Source: a candidate division WWE3 bacterium
GTDB taxonomy: Bacteria > Patescibacteriota > 4484-211 > GCA-002791395
Length of the DNA: 64,000 nucleotides
NCBI GenBank assembly: GCA_013335095.1
Contig: JAAXWF010000001.1
Location: 22,797-86,796, forward strand
Reading direction: 5' to 3'
In this document: positions 29,330 through 38,078 of the stretch, one piece after another
How positions within the stretch are numbered: the stretch's first letter is position 1
Layout: each line of letters begins with the position of its first letter
Made by a program: the position numbers and the translations under genes
The notes under the pieces: model-generated
Database searches by the model: none
What the model was told of the DNA's origin: nothing
The model's input: the letters and a program-made list of their open reading frames with translations, nothing else

Positions 29330-29743
29330 TCACCATGGGATATCCTCTCCACCATCTAGTATCCATGGCAATACTTTGTGAATCACGCCCAAGTGAGTTG
29401 CGAGTTCTATCTGACCCCACGTTACTCGGCAAGCACTTGGATGTTTCGTCGCAAATAGATATGCCCTCGACATAACATCGATGTGCATATTGCTCGTATC
29501 GATAACCAGCCACCCTTCTTTTTTAGAACAAAGTGGAGTGATTGGAGCCGTGATGATCTGACACCCATGCTGATCATGACCATGATAAAGCGCATGACCG
29601 GCGTGGATGATTAACGCCTGAATTTCGGGTTTGAAGTGCTCAAATCGAACTTCATTTGAACGTATTACGGAAAGAGTTTCCGAGTTACCAGGACAAACCT
29701 GATATTCTCCGGCTAGATCAGCCGGATCCAAGAGGAGTTGCAT
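29330..29743 (-). CDS. Orphan, paralogue of 29873-30109
   Basis: M.L.LDPADL...VRFEHFKPE.Q shared; GGAGG SD. Confidence 0.75.
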   Translation of the reverse strand: MQLLLDPADLAGEYQVCPGNSETLSVIRSNEVRFEHFKPEIQALIIHAGHALYHGHDQHGCQIITAPITPLCSKKEGWLVIDTSNMHIDVMSRAYLFATKHPSACRVTWGQIELATHLGVIHKVLPWILDGGEDIPW

Positions 29744-29872
29744 AACTTCCTCCTTCATGAAGTTTCAGACAAGCAATTCCGACCGTTATTATACGATCTG
29801 AATGTAACTAGAACAAAAAAACCGGCAGGAAAATTTCCTGCCGGGACGCATATATGTGGGCGCTGATTTTAT

Positions 29873-30109
29873 CTAGCCACGAACTTGATCGCCGTCGAAG
29901 ACGACGCGAGGTGGAATGATCGCATTATACGAGGATCGATCCCAAGTGAAGTAGGTCGCCTCGCCGACCCTTCGGATTACGTCCTGCACCTCAGGCTTGA
30001 AGTGCTCGAAGCGAACAAGCGAGGGATTCAGTGTTGGCATGATTCCGCCGTTTTCCGTAGCTTCCTGATGTTCCGGCTTAAGATCGGCCGGATCGAGTGT
30101 GAGTCTCAT
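29873..30109 (-). CDS. Orphan, paralogue of 29330-29743
   Basis: Shared motifs; GGAG SD; terminator at 29815-29844. Confidence 0.75.
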   Translation of the reverse strand: MRLTLDPADLKPEHQEATENGGIMPTLNPSLVRFEHFKPEVQDVIRRVGEATYFTWDRSSYNAIIPPRVVFDGDQVRG

Positions 30110-30192
30110 CGAGAATCTCCTCTAGTGGGCTTTCACCCTCCAGAAATTCGCCACAAAGACACTATTATTATAACAGATCGACTATAGGATAA

Positions 30193-31023
30193 CTAAAACG
30201 TATCGCATAAAAGATAATCTCCGTGTTCAAAACCTTTGTTAAACCACTCAACCCGTTGAGATGACGATCCATGAGTCCACGTTTCGGGTGAAATTTGGCC
30301 AGAAACTTTTTGCTGAATTCGATCATCCCCAACCGCCGCCGCCGCATCAAGCGCCTCAGAGATCTCACCGGGTTCAAGTACACCAATCATATTAACGCTG
30401 TGGGCCCAGACCCCTGCGTAACAATCAGCCTGAAGTTCTACTTTTACAGACAGCTCATTTTCCGACTCACCATTATGAGCAGTATCAGCCGCCTGTAATA
30501 CGCCGAGCTGTTCCTGCACATGATGACCCACTTCATGAGCTATGACATATGCTTCGGCCACATCTCCGCCTTTTGCACCAAGCCTGGTTGTTAACTCATC
30601 AAAAAAGGTTTCATCGAGATAAATTGTTTGATCATATGGACAATAGTGAGGTCCGACTTGAGAGGTGGCCACTCCACATCCAGACGTAGTTATATTTCGA
30701 AACAGGACCAAACGAGGAGGAGAATAAGTATGGTTTTGTTGCTTTAACTGATCAACCCATAGATCATTAGCTGAACCAAGAACTGTTGAAGAAAACTGTT
30801 CATAGGCATCGTTGCCAGCAAACGATGAAGTATCTGACTCGTTTTGAGAATTTAACGCGACGTTTAAGACCTGATTGAGGATTTGGGTAGGATCAGCGCC
30901 AGCCAAGACACTTAGACCAACATATAGGGCGACACCAACTAGACCAACACCACTCACATATGGAGCCATACCACGACGATCTTCAATGTTCCCTCGACTG
31001 GTAATTCGGTCCCAATTAGCCAT
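30193..31023 (-). CDS. Neutral zinc metallopeptidase (YpfJ family)
   Basis: NIEDRRG, GPHYCP.D, AHEVGHHVQ, ELQADC.AG, THGSS.QR. Confidence 0.92.
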   Translation of the reverse strand: MANWDRITSRGNIEDRRGMAPYVSGVGLVGVALYVGLSVLAGADPTQILNQVLNVALNSQNESDTSSFAGNDAYEQFSSTVLGSANDLWVDQLKQQNHTYSPPRLVLFRNITTSGCGVATSQVGPHYCPYDQTIYLDETFFDELTTRLGAKGGDVAEAYVIAHEVGHHVQEQLGVLQAADTAHNGESENELSVKVELQADCYAGVWAHSVNMIGVLEPGEISEALDAAAAVGDDRIQQKVSGQISPETWTHGSSSQRVEWFNKGFEHGDYLLCDTF

Positions 31024-31027
31024 GTAA

Positions 31028-32419
31028 TTATTGTACCTTATCTGCTCTGTTCGAAGGATCGAAAATCGATGGCTCTAATTCTTCACCGTTTATCAGACGC
31101 GCAATTCGATCCCCACCAACAATTGATGGTAAAAGGCCGACCCCGTTGCATCCCAAGTTATACATTAGAACTTTATTCGCAGGTTCAAAGCCAACTAACC
31201 GAACACCATTAGGTGTATACCCCATCAGTCCGTGCCATGAATACAAGTACGATATTTCTCCCTTAGGAGCAAATTTATATGTTTGATGAATGAATGCATC
31301 TATTTCATACTGAGCAGATGCAGGAAATGCACTATCTTGAACATAATCAGTCGTATTATGCATGCGTTGTTCGGGGCCACCGACACAAACCAAACTTTGT
31401 TCTTTGGCCCCATCATGGTGAACCGTTCTACGCGTTAACGTATAGTATGGTTCAAGTTCGTACGCTGAATCATTTGAATACAAACCTCGTGGTAAATAAC
31501 TTATTGCTACAGGTGGATTAATATGTTCTTCGACAAAACCGGCCATATATCCAACAACTCCACGGATTAAATAATGAAAATGAGTGTCGATTTCTTCTCC
31601 AGCTTTGTTAGTAATCGTAAATTTTTCAAATCCGTTTGTGCACAATACGATTTGCTTAGTACTGATCTTATATGGCCCGCTTAACAGCTCACCGCGATCT
31701 TGATCAAGAATAATTTCATTGATGTGAGTATGCTCGTATACGTTAAATCGATCAGCATATGTTTTCACTAAATAGTGAGCAAGTTCACGAGTTAAGAAAG
31801 CGCTATTCATGACGCCCTTACGGGTAGACAAAGCGGCGATAAACCGTCTATCCTCAGTTTCTAAAAGAGATAAGATATTTTCATGAGGTACGATCGAATA
31901 CAGCCCCTCGTAAAGTGTGGGAATTTGATTGGCTAGTCCCGATTCCCCGGCCACGATCAAGGGCTCGAGATCTATTCGAGCATGGTTGGCGTAACGATTA
32001 TTTTCTAGATGTACGATAATTGAATCCAGGTCCTGAAACCCAGCATACCCAGTAAAATCAGCAAACTTAGTTTTAAGCCCACAATCAGTAATAATATTTT
32101 GTAACAGTGACCAACCATCATTTACATCCGATTGGGCTTTCGCGACCATTTCTAAACCGAATTCCTGAACCATCGAAGATATTTGTCGTTCAAAGTAACT
32201 CACCAATTGGCCGGCATTATGCCCAGTTGCGCCATGAGCTAATTTATATCCTTCAACAAGGATTACTTTTTTACTAGTATTTTTAAGAAGAAAATATGCA
32301 GTAACAACGCCCGAAATACCCCCGCCGACGATGGTAATTTCGGTTTGCTGATCTTGTTGTAAGTTTGGATATGAATACGAATCAAGTTGAGCAATCCATG
32401 GGGAGTTATTATTTGCCAT
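31028..32419 (-). CDS. FAD-dependent oxidoreductase (DAO family)
   Basis: IVGGGISG, GATGHNAG, GCNGVG. Confidence 0.85.
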   Translation of the reverse strand: MANNNSPWIAQLDSYSYPNLQQDQQTEITIVGGGISGVVTAYFLLKNTSKKVILVEGYKLAHGATGHNAGQLVSYFERQISSMVQEFGLEMVAKAQSDVNDGWSLLQNIITDCGLKTKFADFTGYAGFQDLDSIIVHLENNRYANHARIDLEPLIVAGESGLANQIPTLYEGLYSIVPHENILSLLETEDRRFIAALSTRKGVMNSAFLTRELAHYLVKTYADRFNVYEHTHINEIILDQDRGELLSGPYKISTKQIVLCTNGFEKFTITNKAGEEIDTHFHYLIRGVVGYMAGFVEEHINPPVAISYLPRGLYSNDSAYELEPYYTLTRRTVHHDGAKEQSLVCVGGPEQRMHNTTDYVQDSAFPASAQYEIDAFIHQTYKFAPKGEISYLYSWHGLMGYTPNGVRLVGFEPANKVLMYNLGCNGVGLLPSIVGGDRIARLINGEELEPSIFDPSNRADKVQ

Positions 32420-32472
32420 GTACGATGATAAGAATATCAGAAAATAAGTAGAAGCGAAATTTGACTACATTC

Positions 32473-34503
32473 CTACGAGGTTCGCTGATACGAAGCAATT
32501 AATAAAGACAGATCAAATACATTAACTGATCCATCTTGGTTTATGTCACTTCGGCGCTCATGTAAAGGGCTCTGTGCAGTAGGACTTGTACCGTAAAAAC
32601 TGGCAAGAATTCCCAGATCAAAAATATTTGTCACACCATCCTGGTTGATGTCGGATGAATGAATCGGAGTCTGAGTAGGTGTAACGGATTGAGTAAATTT
32701 GCGTAGATTATTAGAGTCAATTACAACCGGAGTAGTACTATCAGACGATTTCCAGAAGACCGTAGTATGGTCTTCACCAATACTTTCAACATGTAACACT
32801 TCCAAATAATAACTATTTCCATTTATAAGCTGGATAGGATTGCTTTGGATCTGGCTAACCGAGCAACTTTGGGCTTCACTTATTGAGCAAGAGTAGTCTT
32901 GATAGTTAAGCCACCGATCTATATGAGCAATTAATTGCTTTGAATCGGGTTCTGCACTCGTACCCAAATAGAGAACAGCCGCATCATCTGCCGTAAGGTA
33001 AAACGTATAGGAACCTGTTTTCTGAGGAATTAATATAGCACGCATTCGTGAACCAAAATTAGAGTCGATCGTAGAAGCCCCTTGATGTAACGGTGCGTTT
33101 AATGATGAAATATAGGTGGTTGAAGTCGGTGAATTAGGGAATCGCTCATCTTTAGATAGATCACTGATAAGCGCATTGGGTTGCGTTTGTATCGTATCCC
33201 ATCGTTCATACAATACATTTGTTTGCCCTGGTGTTAGAGTTGGTGTTATTGATGGTTTTGGAGTCGGCGTAGTTGTTGGCACACGGGTAGGAGTCGGATC
33301 TCCTGGCTTGGCTAAATGCCTTCCGTTATAAAGATAAACGAATGGGCCAAATAAAACAGAATGAGCAGTTGGCCTTTTAGTCCCAGACCAATCACGATTT
33401 TGTTCTATAATCTTTAAATATTCAGAATTACCCCAATACGCATATGCAGCTTGATATGTAGCGGCATAGTCCGTATGGATGAACGGATAACTCACACCCT
33501 TTCCTCCAACATGCGGCCACGCGGTACCAGTAAAATACTTTACCAGTGAATCAAACGCCAGTTTTAAATTTCGACCATCTGAGGTTGTATAATCCCACAA
33601 ATTTACACCTTGTTGACGTGCGATTTCGGCTAAAACAACCATTCCCGATAACGAGAATCCCGTGTAGTACCAGGTATCATCTCCATTTGATTCAAATCGA
33701 GCCATTTCGTGACCGATAAAACCATTAGCTTCAATAACCCGAGGATTAGAAGGCCAACAGTGACCGGTCGCACTTTCGAGATAGCGTTTATATGCATTAA
33801 ATGCGACATCTTTAAGATTAGAATCATTCGTAACGACTCCAGCCGAAGCAACAAGGGAGGCCCGAAACCATTTCATGTTAGTAATACAGTTATCATTCAA
33901 ATTCGGAGTATTACTTAATATATCGTATGCAAGGTTATGAAAAAAAGTTCGAATGGTTTCTTTTTTAGCTGAATCAAAACCGCTATAGTCCTCGACTAAA
34001 TTAAAAGCTTGAGCCAACAGTGTGTACTGGACCCCCCACGATAATTCCCGATTAGGACGATCAGCAATAGGTACAGATTTTATATCGGGCGTAAAGTTCG
34101 TTTGCGATGACAGTAAATTAATTGTTGCTTGTGCATACTCTCCTTTTCCGGTTATTTGGTACGCCCAAGCAGTGTGAATTGCAGTCCGACCTTCATCGGC
34201 AAATTTTCCGGAAACTTCGGACCAGATCCCACCATTTTTAATGGCGTCATCGGCGACGCTCACAACAAAATCACGAGATTGGCTATTTAAATCAAGCGAA
34301 GTGGACAAAGATTTCATTTCCTGTCGTTCGGTAGCATTTGCGATGACCGAACCTGTTGCGGCCTGAGTTATGACCGGAGGTGATTCGATTGTTTGAGAAC
34401 TAAAGATATAAAATGAAACACCTATAACCGACAACCAGAAAAATGCTAAATCTAAAGGGATTATTCTTTTTATAGATTTTTTCGCGATTAAATACGATGA
34501 CAT
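32473..34503 (-). CDS. Alginate-lyase-fold exoprotein with PA14 domain and dockerin
   Basis: AWAYQITGKGEYA, WYYTGF, GVNLWDY; PA14 (YTFYLTADD); DINQDG repeats. Confidence 0.8.
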   Translation of the reverse strand: MSSYLIAKKSIKRIIPLDLAFFWLSVIGVSFYIFSSQTIESPPVITQAATGSVIANATERQEMKSLSTSLDLNSQSRDFVVSVADDAIKNGGIWSEVSGKFADEGRTAIHTAWAYQITGKGEYAQATINLLSSQTNFTPDIKSVPIADRPNRELSWGVQYTLLAQAFNLVEDYSGFDSAKKETIRTFFHNLAYDILSNTPNLNDNCITNMKWFRASLVASAGVVTNDSNLKDVAFNAYKRYLESATGHCWPSNPRVIEANGFIGHEMARFESNGDDTWYYTGFSLSGMVVLAEIARQQGVNLWDYTTSDGRNLKLAFDSLVKYFTGTAWPHVGGKGVSYPFIHTDYAATYQAAYAYWGNSEYLKIIEQNRDWSGTKRPTAHSVLFGPFVYLYNGRHLAKPGDPTPTRVPTTTPTPKPSITPTLTPGQTNVLYERWDTIQTQPNALISDLSKDERFPNSPTSTTYISSLNAPLHQGASTIDSNFGSRMRAILIPQKTGSYTFYLTADDAAVLYLGTSAEPDSKQLIAHIDRWLNYQDYSCSISEAQSCSVSQIQSNPIQLINGNSYYLEVLHVESIGEDHTTVFWKSSDSTTPVVIDSNNLRKFTQSVTPTQTPIHSSDINQDGVTNIFDLGILASFYGTSPTAQSPLHERRSDINQDGSVNVFDLSLLIASYQRTS

Positions 34504-34598
34504 AGGCGGGGTCTATTATTTGAGATTAGGACAATAAGTCAATTCCTGCAAGCGGAAATAATGAGCGGAGGTTTTCGCCTCCGCTTGATTGAAAGAAC

Positions 34599-35054
34599 TT
34601 AGAGAATCGCGGCAGCGACCTGCCTTGATGAGGGCATTAAGTAGTCGAGATACGGGATATGTTCGATCGTACATCGGTAATGGGATCCGACCCCATATGG
34701 CACCCCGACATCGACCATAAGCCCGGTACCCAGCCGACTCATATAATAGAGCTGAGTCGCACCCACATCGACCGCCGTTTCGCCAAGAAGAGGATCTTCA
34801 TGGCGGCGGATTCGGAATGTAACCTCAAGAGCCCGCCGTGTATTAAACACACGGAAGGCCCCCATCGAATGTACCGCCAAAACGACCCGTTGCTGCGCAT
34901 GAGATGCTCGTTCGAGCAACTCAAGGCCGTTTTCTCCCACGGCAAGCCAAATATTACGATACCCTGGAGTATCATAATCAGCGAACCTCATAAATTGCTG
35001 TTGAACACTACCATCGTTCATCCAGGAAACCTGGATACCGGTAGAACCAGGCAT
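34599..35054 (-). CDS. GC-rich orphan protein (MPGSTGIQ...)
   Basis: AGGAGG SD; terminator AGCGGAGG...CCTCCGCT at about 34564-34585. Confidence 0.65.
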   Translation of the reverse strand: MPGSTGIQVSWMNDGSVQQQFMRFADYDTPGYRNIWLAVGENGLELLERASHAQQRVVLAVHSMGAFRVFNTRRALEVTFRIRRHEDPLLGETAVDVGATQLYYMSRLGTGLMVDVGVPYGVGSHYRCTIEHIPYLDYLMPSSRQVAAAIL

Positions 35055-35173
35055 AGCGGCCCTCCTATCAATGACAGGAACCATAGTAAGTGTAGAGAGT
35101 ATAAAAAAAGCCACCATGGAAGTCAAACAGATCTATATTCGATAATTTATTAAGGTGTACAATACAATTAATT

Positions 35174-35620
35174 ATGGTTAATTTAAAATCCGAAGTAATT
35201 ACGGGTATTACCATAGGAGTCATCGTTATTATGTTTCTTATTTGGCCACAACTTAAAAATAAACCGACAACAGAAGATCCCCAGAATCAAGGGAAAAACC
35301 AATTAGTGACTGTTTCACCCAAAGAATTTAGCGAGCAACTTAAACAAGATGATGTAATCGTGATTGATGTACGTACCGAAAGTGAGTTTCGTGAATCACA
35401 CATACAAAATGCCGCAAACGTAGATTATTATCAGACAGAGAAATTTGATTCGTACCTCAACCAACTCGATAAACAAAAACAATATATGATTTACTGTCGT
35501 TCAGGTCATCGAGCCGGACAAGCTCTCGAAATAATGAAGCAAAAAGGATTTACTCATGTAACGAACCTCGCTGGTGGAATAAGTGCATGGATTGGTAACA
35601 ATTACCCAGTAGTTAATTAA
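35174..35620 (+). CDS. Membrane-anchored rhodanese domain protein
   Basis: IDVRT..EF, YCRSGHRA, LAGGISAW. Confidence 0.92.
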   Translation: MVNLKSEVITGITIGVIVIMFLIWPQLKNKPTTEDPQNQGKNQLVTVSPKEFSEQLKQDDVIVIDVRTESEFRESHIQNAANVDYYQTEKFDSYLNQLDKQKQYMIYCRSGHRAGQALEIMKQKGFTHVTNLAGGISAWIGNNYPVVN

Positions 35621-35841
35621 GGATTATTCCGATTTATTCACCACAGAATCCCATTTCTCGTCAATTATAATTTGTTCTTTAGATGCCCAGTGTATTGTTT
35701 CTTTATTAATAGCGGGATAAATCGCCTCACCTGATGTAAATGACAAGGGTTCTTTTGTAGCAATATCATCAACGGTTTTCCAAACTACCAAGCATTCATC
35801 ACACATCGATACCAGATACGATGCTCAGCACCCATGAAATA

Positions 35842-35885
35842 ACTCAGCTAGAGTTCAGTAAAAGTTAAGCTCATCTCGTTATAAT
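35842..35885 (+). promoter_or_regulatory. Putative OmpR-family box (11-bp-period nTT/CAG repeats) and -10 of the response regulator
   Basis: ACTCAG(35842), GTTCAG(35853), GTTAAG(35864), then 10 nt, then TATAAT. Confidence 0.6.
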
Positions 35886-35892
35886 ACAAACT

Positions 35893-36567
35893 ATGAATAT
35901 ATTAGTCGTTGAAGACGAAGTTAAATTAGCCAATGCAATCAAACGTGCGCTGGAAATACAAACATATGCGGTAACCGTTGCGTATGATGGGCAAACTGGT
36001 TTAGATTTAGCCGTATCAGAAGAGCTTGATCTCATCATATTAGATTTAATGCTCCCAAAAATCGATGGACTTGAAATATGCCGGATGATACGAAACCAAG
36101 GCATTCATACTCCAGTTTTGATACTAACCGCCAAAGGTCTCGTAAGCGATAAAATTAACGGACTCGATACAGGGGCAGACGATTACATGGTCAAACCATT
36201 CTCTTTTGAAGAATTATTTGCACGAATTAGAGCATTAACACGAAGGCCCCGCCACGTAATTAATCCGGTACTAACTGTTGAGGATTTACTGCTCGACCCT
36301 TCAAAATTTACGGTCAGTAGAAATGAGATTGGAATTAGTTTATCCAGCAAAGAATTTGCCTTACTTGAATATTTAATGCGAAACAAAGGCTCAATATTAA
36401 CTAAAACCCAAATTATTGGACATATTTGGGACTATGATGCCGATGTATTACCCAACGTCGTTGAGGTTCATATAAAACACCTTCGCGATAAAGTCGATAA
36501 ACCATTTGAAAAACCATTAATAATGACAGTTCGAGGTTTTGGATACATGATTGGAGCAAAGGAATGA
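35893..36567 (+). CDS. OmpR/PhoB-family response regulator
   Basis: VEDE, LDLMLP, GADDYMVKPF, TVRGFGY. Confidence 0.95.
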   Translation: MNILVVEDEVKLANAIKRALEIQTYAVTVAYDGQTGLDLAVSEELDLIILDLMLPKIDGLEICRMIRNQGIHTPVLILTAKGLVSDKINGLDTGADDYMVKPFSFEELFARIRALTRRPRHVINPVLTVEDLLLDPSKFTVSRNEIGISLSSKEFALLEYLMRNKGSILTKTQIIGHIWDYDADVLPNVVEVHIKHLRDKVDKPFEKPLIMTVRGFGYMIGAKE

Positions 36568-37592
36568 CTATATTCCATAACGCCCGGATAACTTTAACCG
36601 CATGGTATTTAATAATTATTGCGATGATCAGTTTATGCTTTAGCGTTGCTTTTTATCAGGCTTCGACACGAGAAATAGATCGGTTAATTAATCGAATACA
36701 AATGGACCAGCAAAGGTCATCAAACCAAACAGCACCTCCCCCGCCCCATATGATGAATACACCCAGTATAAGTGATCTGGAACAATTAAAAGAACGGCTC
36801 AAAATTACACTGATTATTATTAACGGAGTAATCGTGGCGACTTCGGGAGTTGCGAGTTATTTTTTAGCTAGCCGAACACTTAAGCCTATTAAGCAAATGG
36901 TCGATGAGCAACAAGAATTTATTTCAAGTGCTTCACATGAACTACGCACACCAATTGCAGTACTGCGGGCGGAAATGGAAACAAGCCTCATGGAAAAGCA
37001 TATTACCGATGCCCAGGCACGCGCCCTGATTAAAAGTAATTTAGAAGAGGTTTCATCAATGCAATATCTGGTAAATAATCTGTTAAAGATAACAAAATTA
37101 CATAATGGTAATCACGAACTCCAACTCACAAAGAAAGAATTAGTATTGTCCGAGATACTCGAAACAACATTTACCCGCCTACAAACATTAGCTGATCCGA
37201 AAAAAATATCAATATCTACGTCGGTGCCTGATATAAAAATTATTGCTGATGAGGAGAGCATCAGAGAACTATTCACAATCATAATAGACAACGCGATTAA
37301 ATATAGTCGACCGTCAAGTACTATACAGATCAAAGCACACCAGGAGCAGCATATGGCTCATATAACCATAACCGATACTGGAATCGGAATCCCACCGCAA
37401 GATATTCCGCATATTTTTGAACGGTTTTATCGTTCAGATAAATCGCGATCACAAACCGAGGGATTTGGGCTCGGCTTACCGATCGCTCAAAAAATAGTCG
37501 AACAGCATCATGGTAAAATCTTTATTACAAGCAAAGTCGGAAAAGGAACGACAGTTCATATAGATCTTCCCATTTTTCACTCACATTCTTAA
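36564..37592 (+). CDS. Sensor histidine kinase
   Basis: ASHELRTP, DNAIKY, DTGIGI, GFGLGL. Confidence 0.95.
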   Translation: MTIFHNARITLTAWYLIIIAMISLCFSVAFYQASTREIDRLINRIQMDQQRSSNQTAPPPPHMMNTPSISDLEQLKERLKITLIIINGVIVATSGVASYFLASRTLKPIKQMVDEQQEFISSASHELRTPIAVLRAEMETSLMEKHITDAQARALIKSNLEEVSSMQYLVNNLLKITKLHNGNHELQLTKKELVLSEILETTFTRLQTLADPKKISISTSVPDIKIIADEESIRELFTIIIDNAIKYSRPSSTIQIKAHQEQHMAHITITDTGIGIPPQDIPHIFERFYRSDKSRSQTEGFGLGLPIAQKIVEQHHGKIFITSKVGKGTTVHIDLPIFHSHS

Positions 37593-37600
37593 TACGAACC

Positions 37601-37633
37601 TTTAAGCAAAGGTTAAGATGGATTTTGTAAAAC
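37601..37633 (+). promoter_or_regulatory. Putative OmpR-family box before gtrA
   Basis: TTTAAG(37601), GTTAAG(37612), then 10 nt, then TAAAAC. Confidence 0.5.
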
Positions 37634-37640
37634 GACTCTC

Positions 37641-38054
37641 ATGAAACAACACAATCACACATACCGACTCTCAAAGTTCTTGCTCATCGGTGCACTCGCG
37701 ACTTTAATCGATTTAGCCTTGTATGTCATTTTGTGTAATCGACTACATTTAATTCCATCGGTGGCGGCGAGCGTTTCGTTTTCATGTTCAACTCTTATAA
37801 ATTTTTCGCTGAATAATCGGATCACGTTTTTATCATCTGATCGAACGTACTTTGAAAAAATAGCTCGATTCTATACCGTCGCAATCGGTGGATTAATACT
37901 TACATATCTAGGCATAAGCCTCTTAACGATGTCGTTCGGATTCGACTACTTAATAGCTAAAGTTTGTGTTGTCATTCTCGTAACAATCTACAATTATCTC
38001 TTGCAAAGTAGAGTAACTTTTAATGTATCTCAGAATAACTTAAGCCGAAGTTAA
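37641..38054 (+). CDS. GtrA family flippase
   Basis: KFLLIGALATLID, NFSLN..ITF, 4 TM. Confidence 0.9.
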   Translation: MKQHNHTYRLSKFLLIGALATLIDLALYVILCNRLHLIPSVAASVSFSCSTLINFSLNNRITFLSSDRTYFEKIARFYTVAIGGLILTYLGISLLTMSFGFDYLIAKVCVVILVTIYNYLLQSRVTFNVSQNNLSRS

Positions 38055-38071
38055 GAATTATCAGATACTAT
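38028..38071 (+). promoter_or_regulatory. Putative OmpR-family box before the ArnT-like gene
   Basis: TCTCAG(38028), CTTAAG(38039), GTTAAG(38050), then 10 nt, then TACTAT. Confidence 0.6.
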
Positions 38072-38078
38072 TCCAAAC

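Noticed and set aside
35624-35806. 60-aa minus ORF beginning MCDEC
   Set aside because: May be a truncated remnant of a small Cys-motif protein, but an in-frame stop lies just upstream and there is no clear start signal
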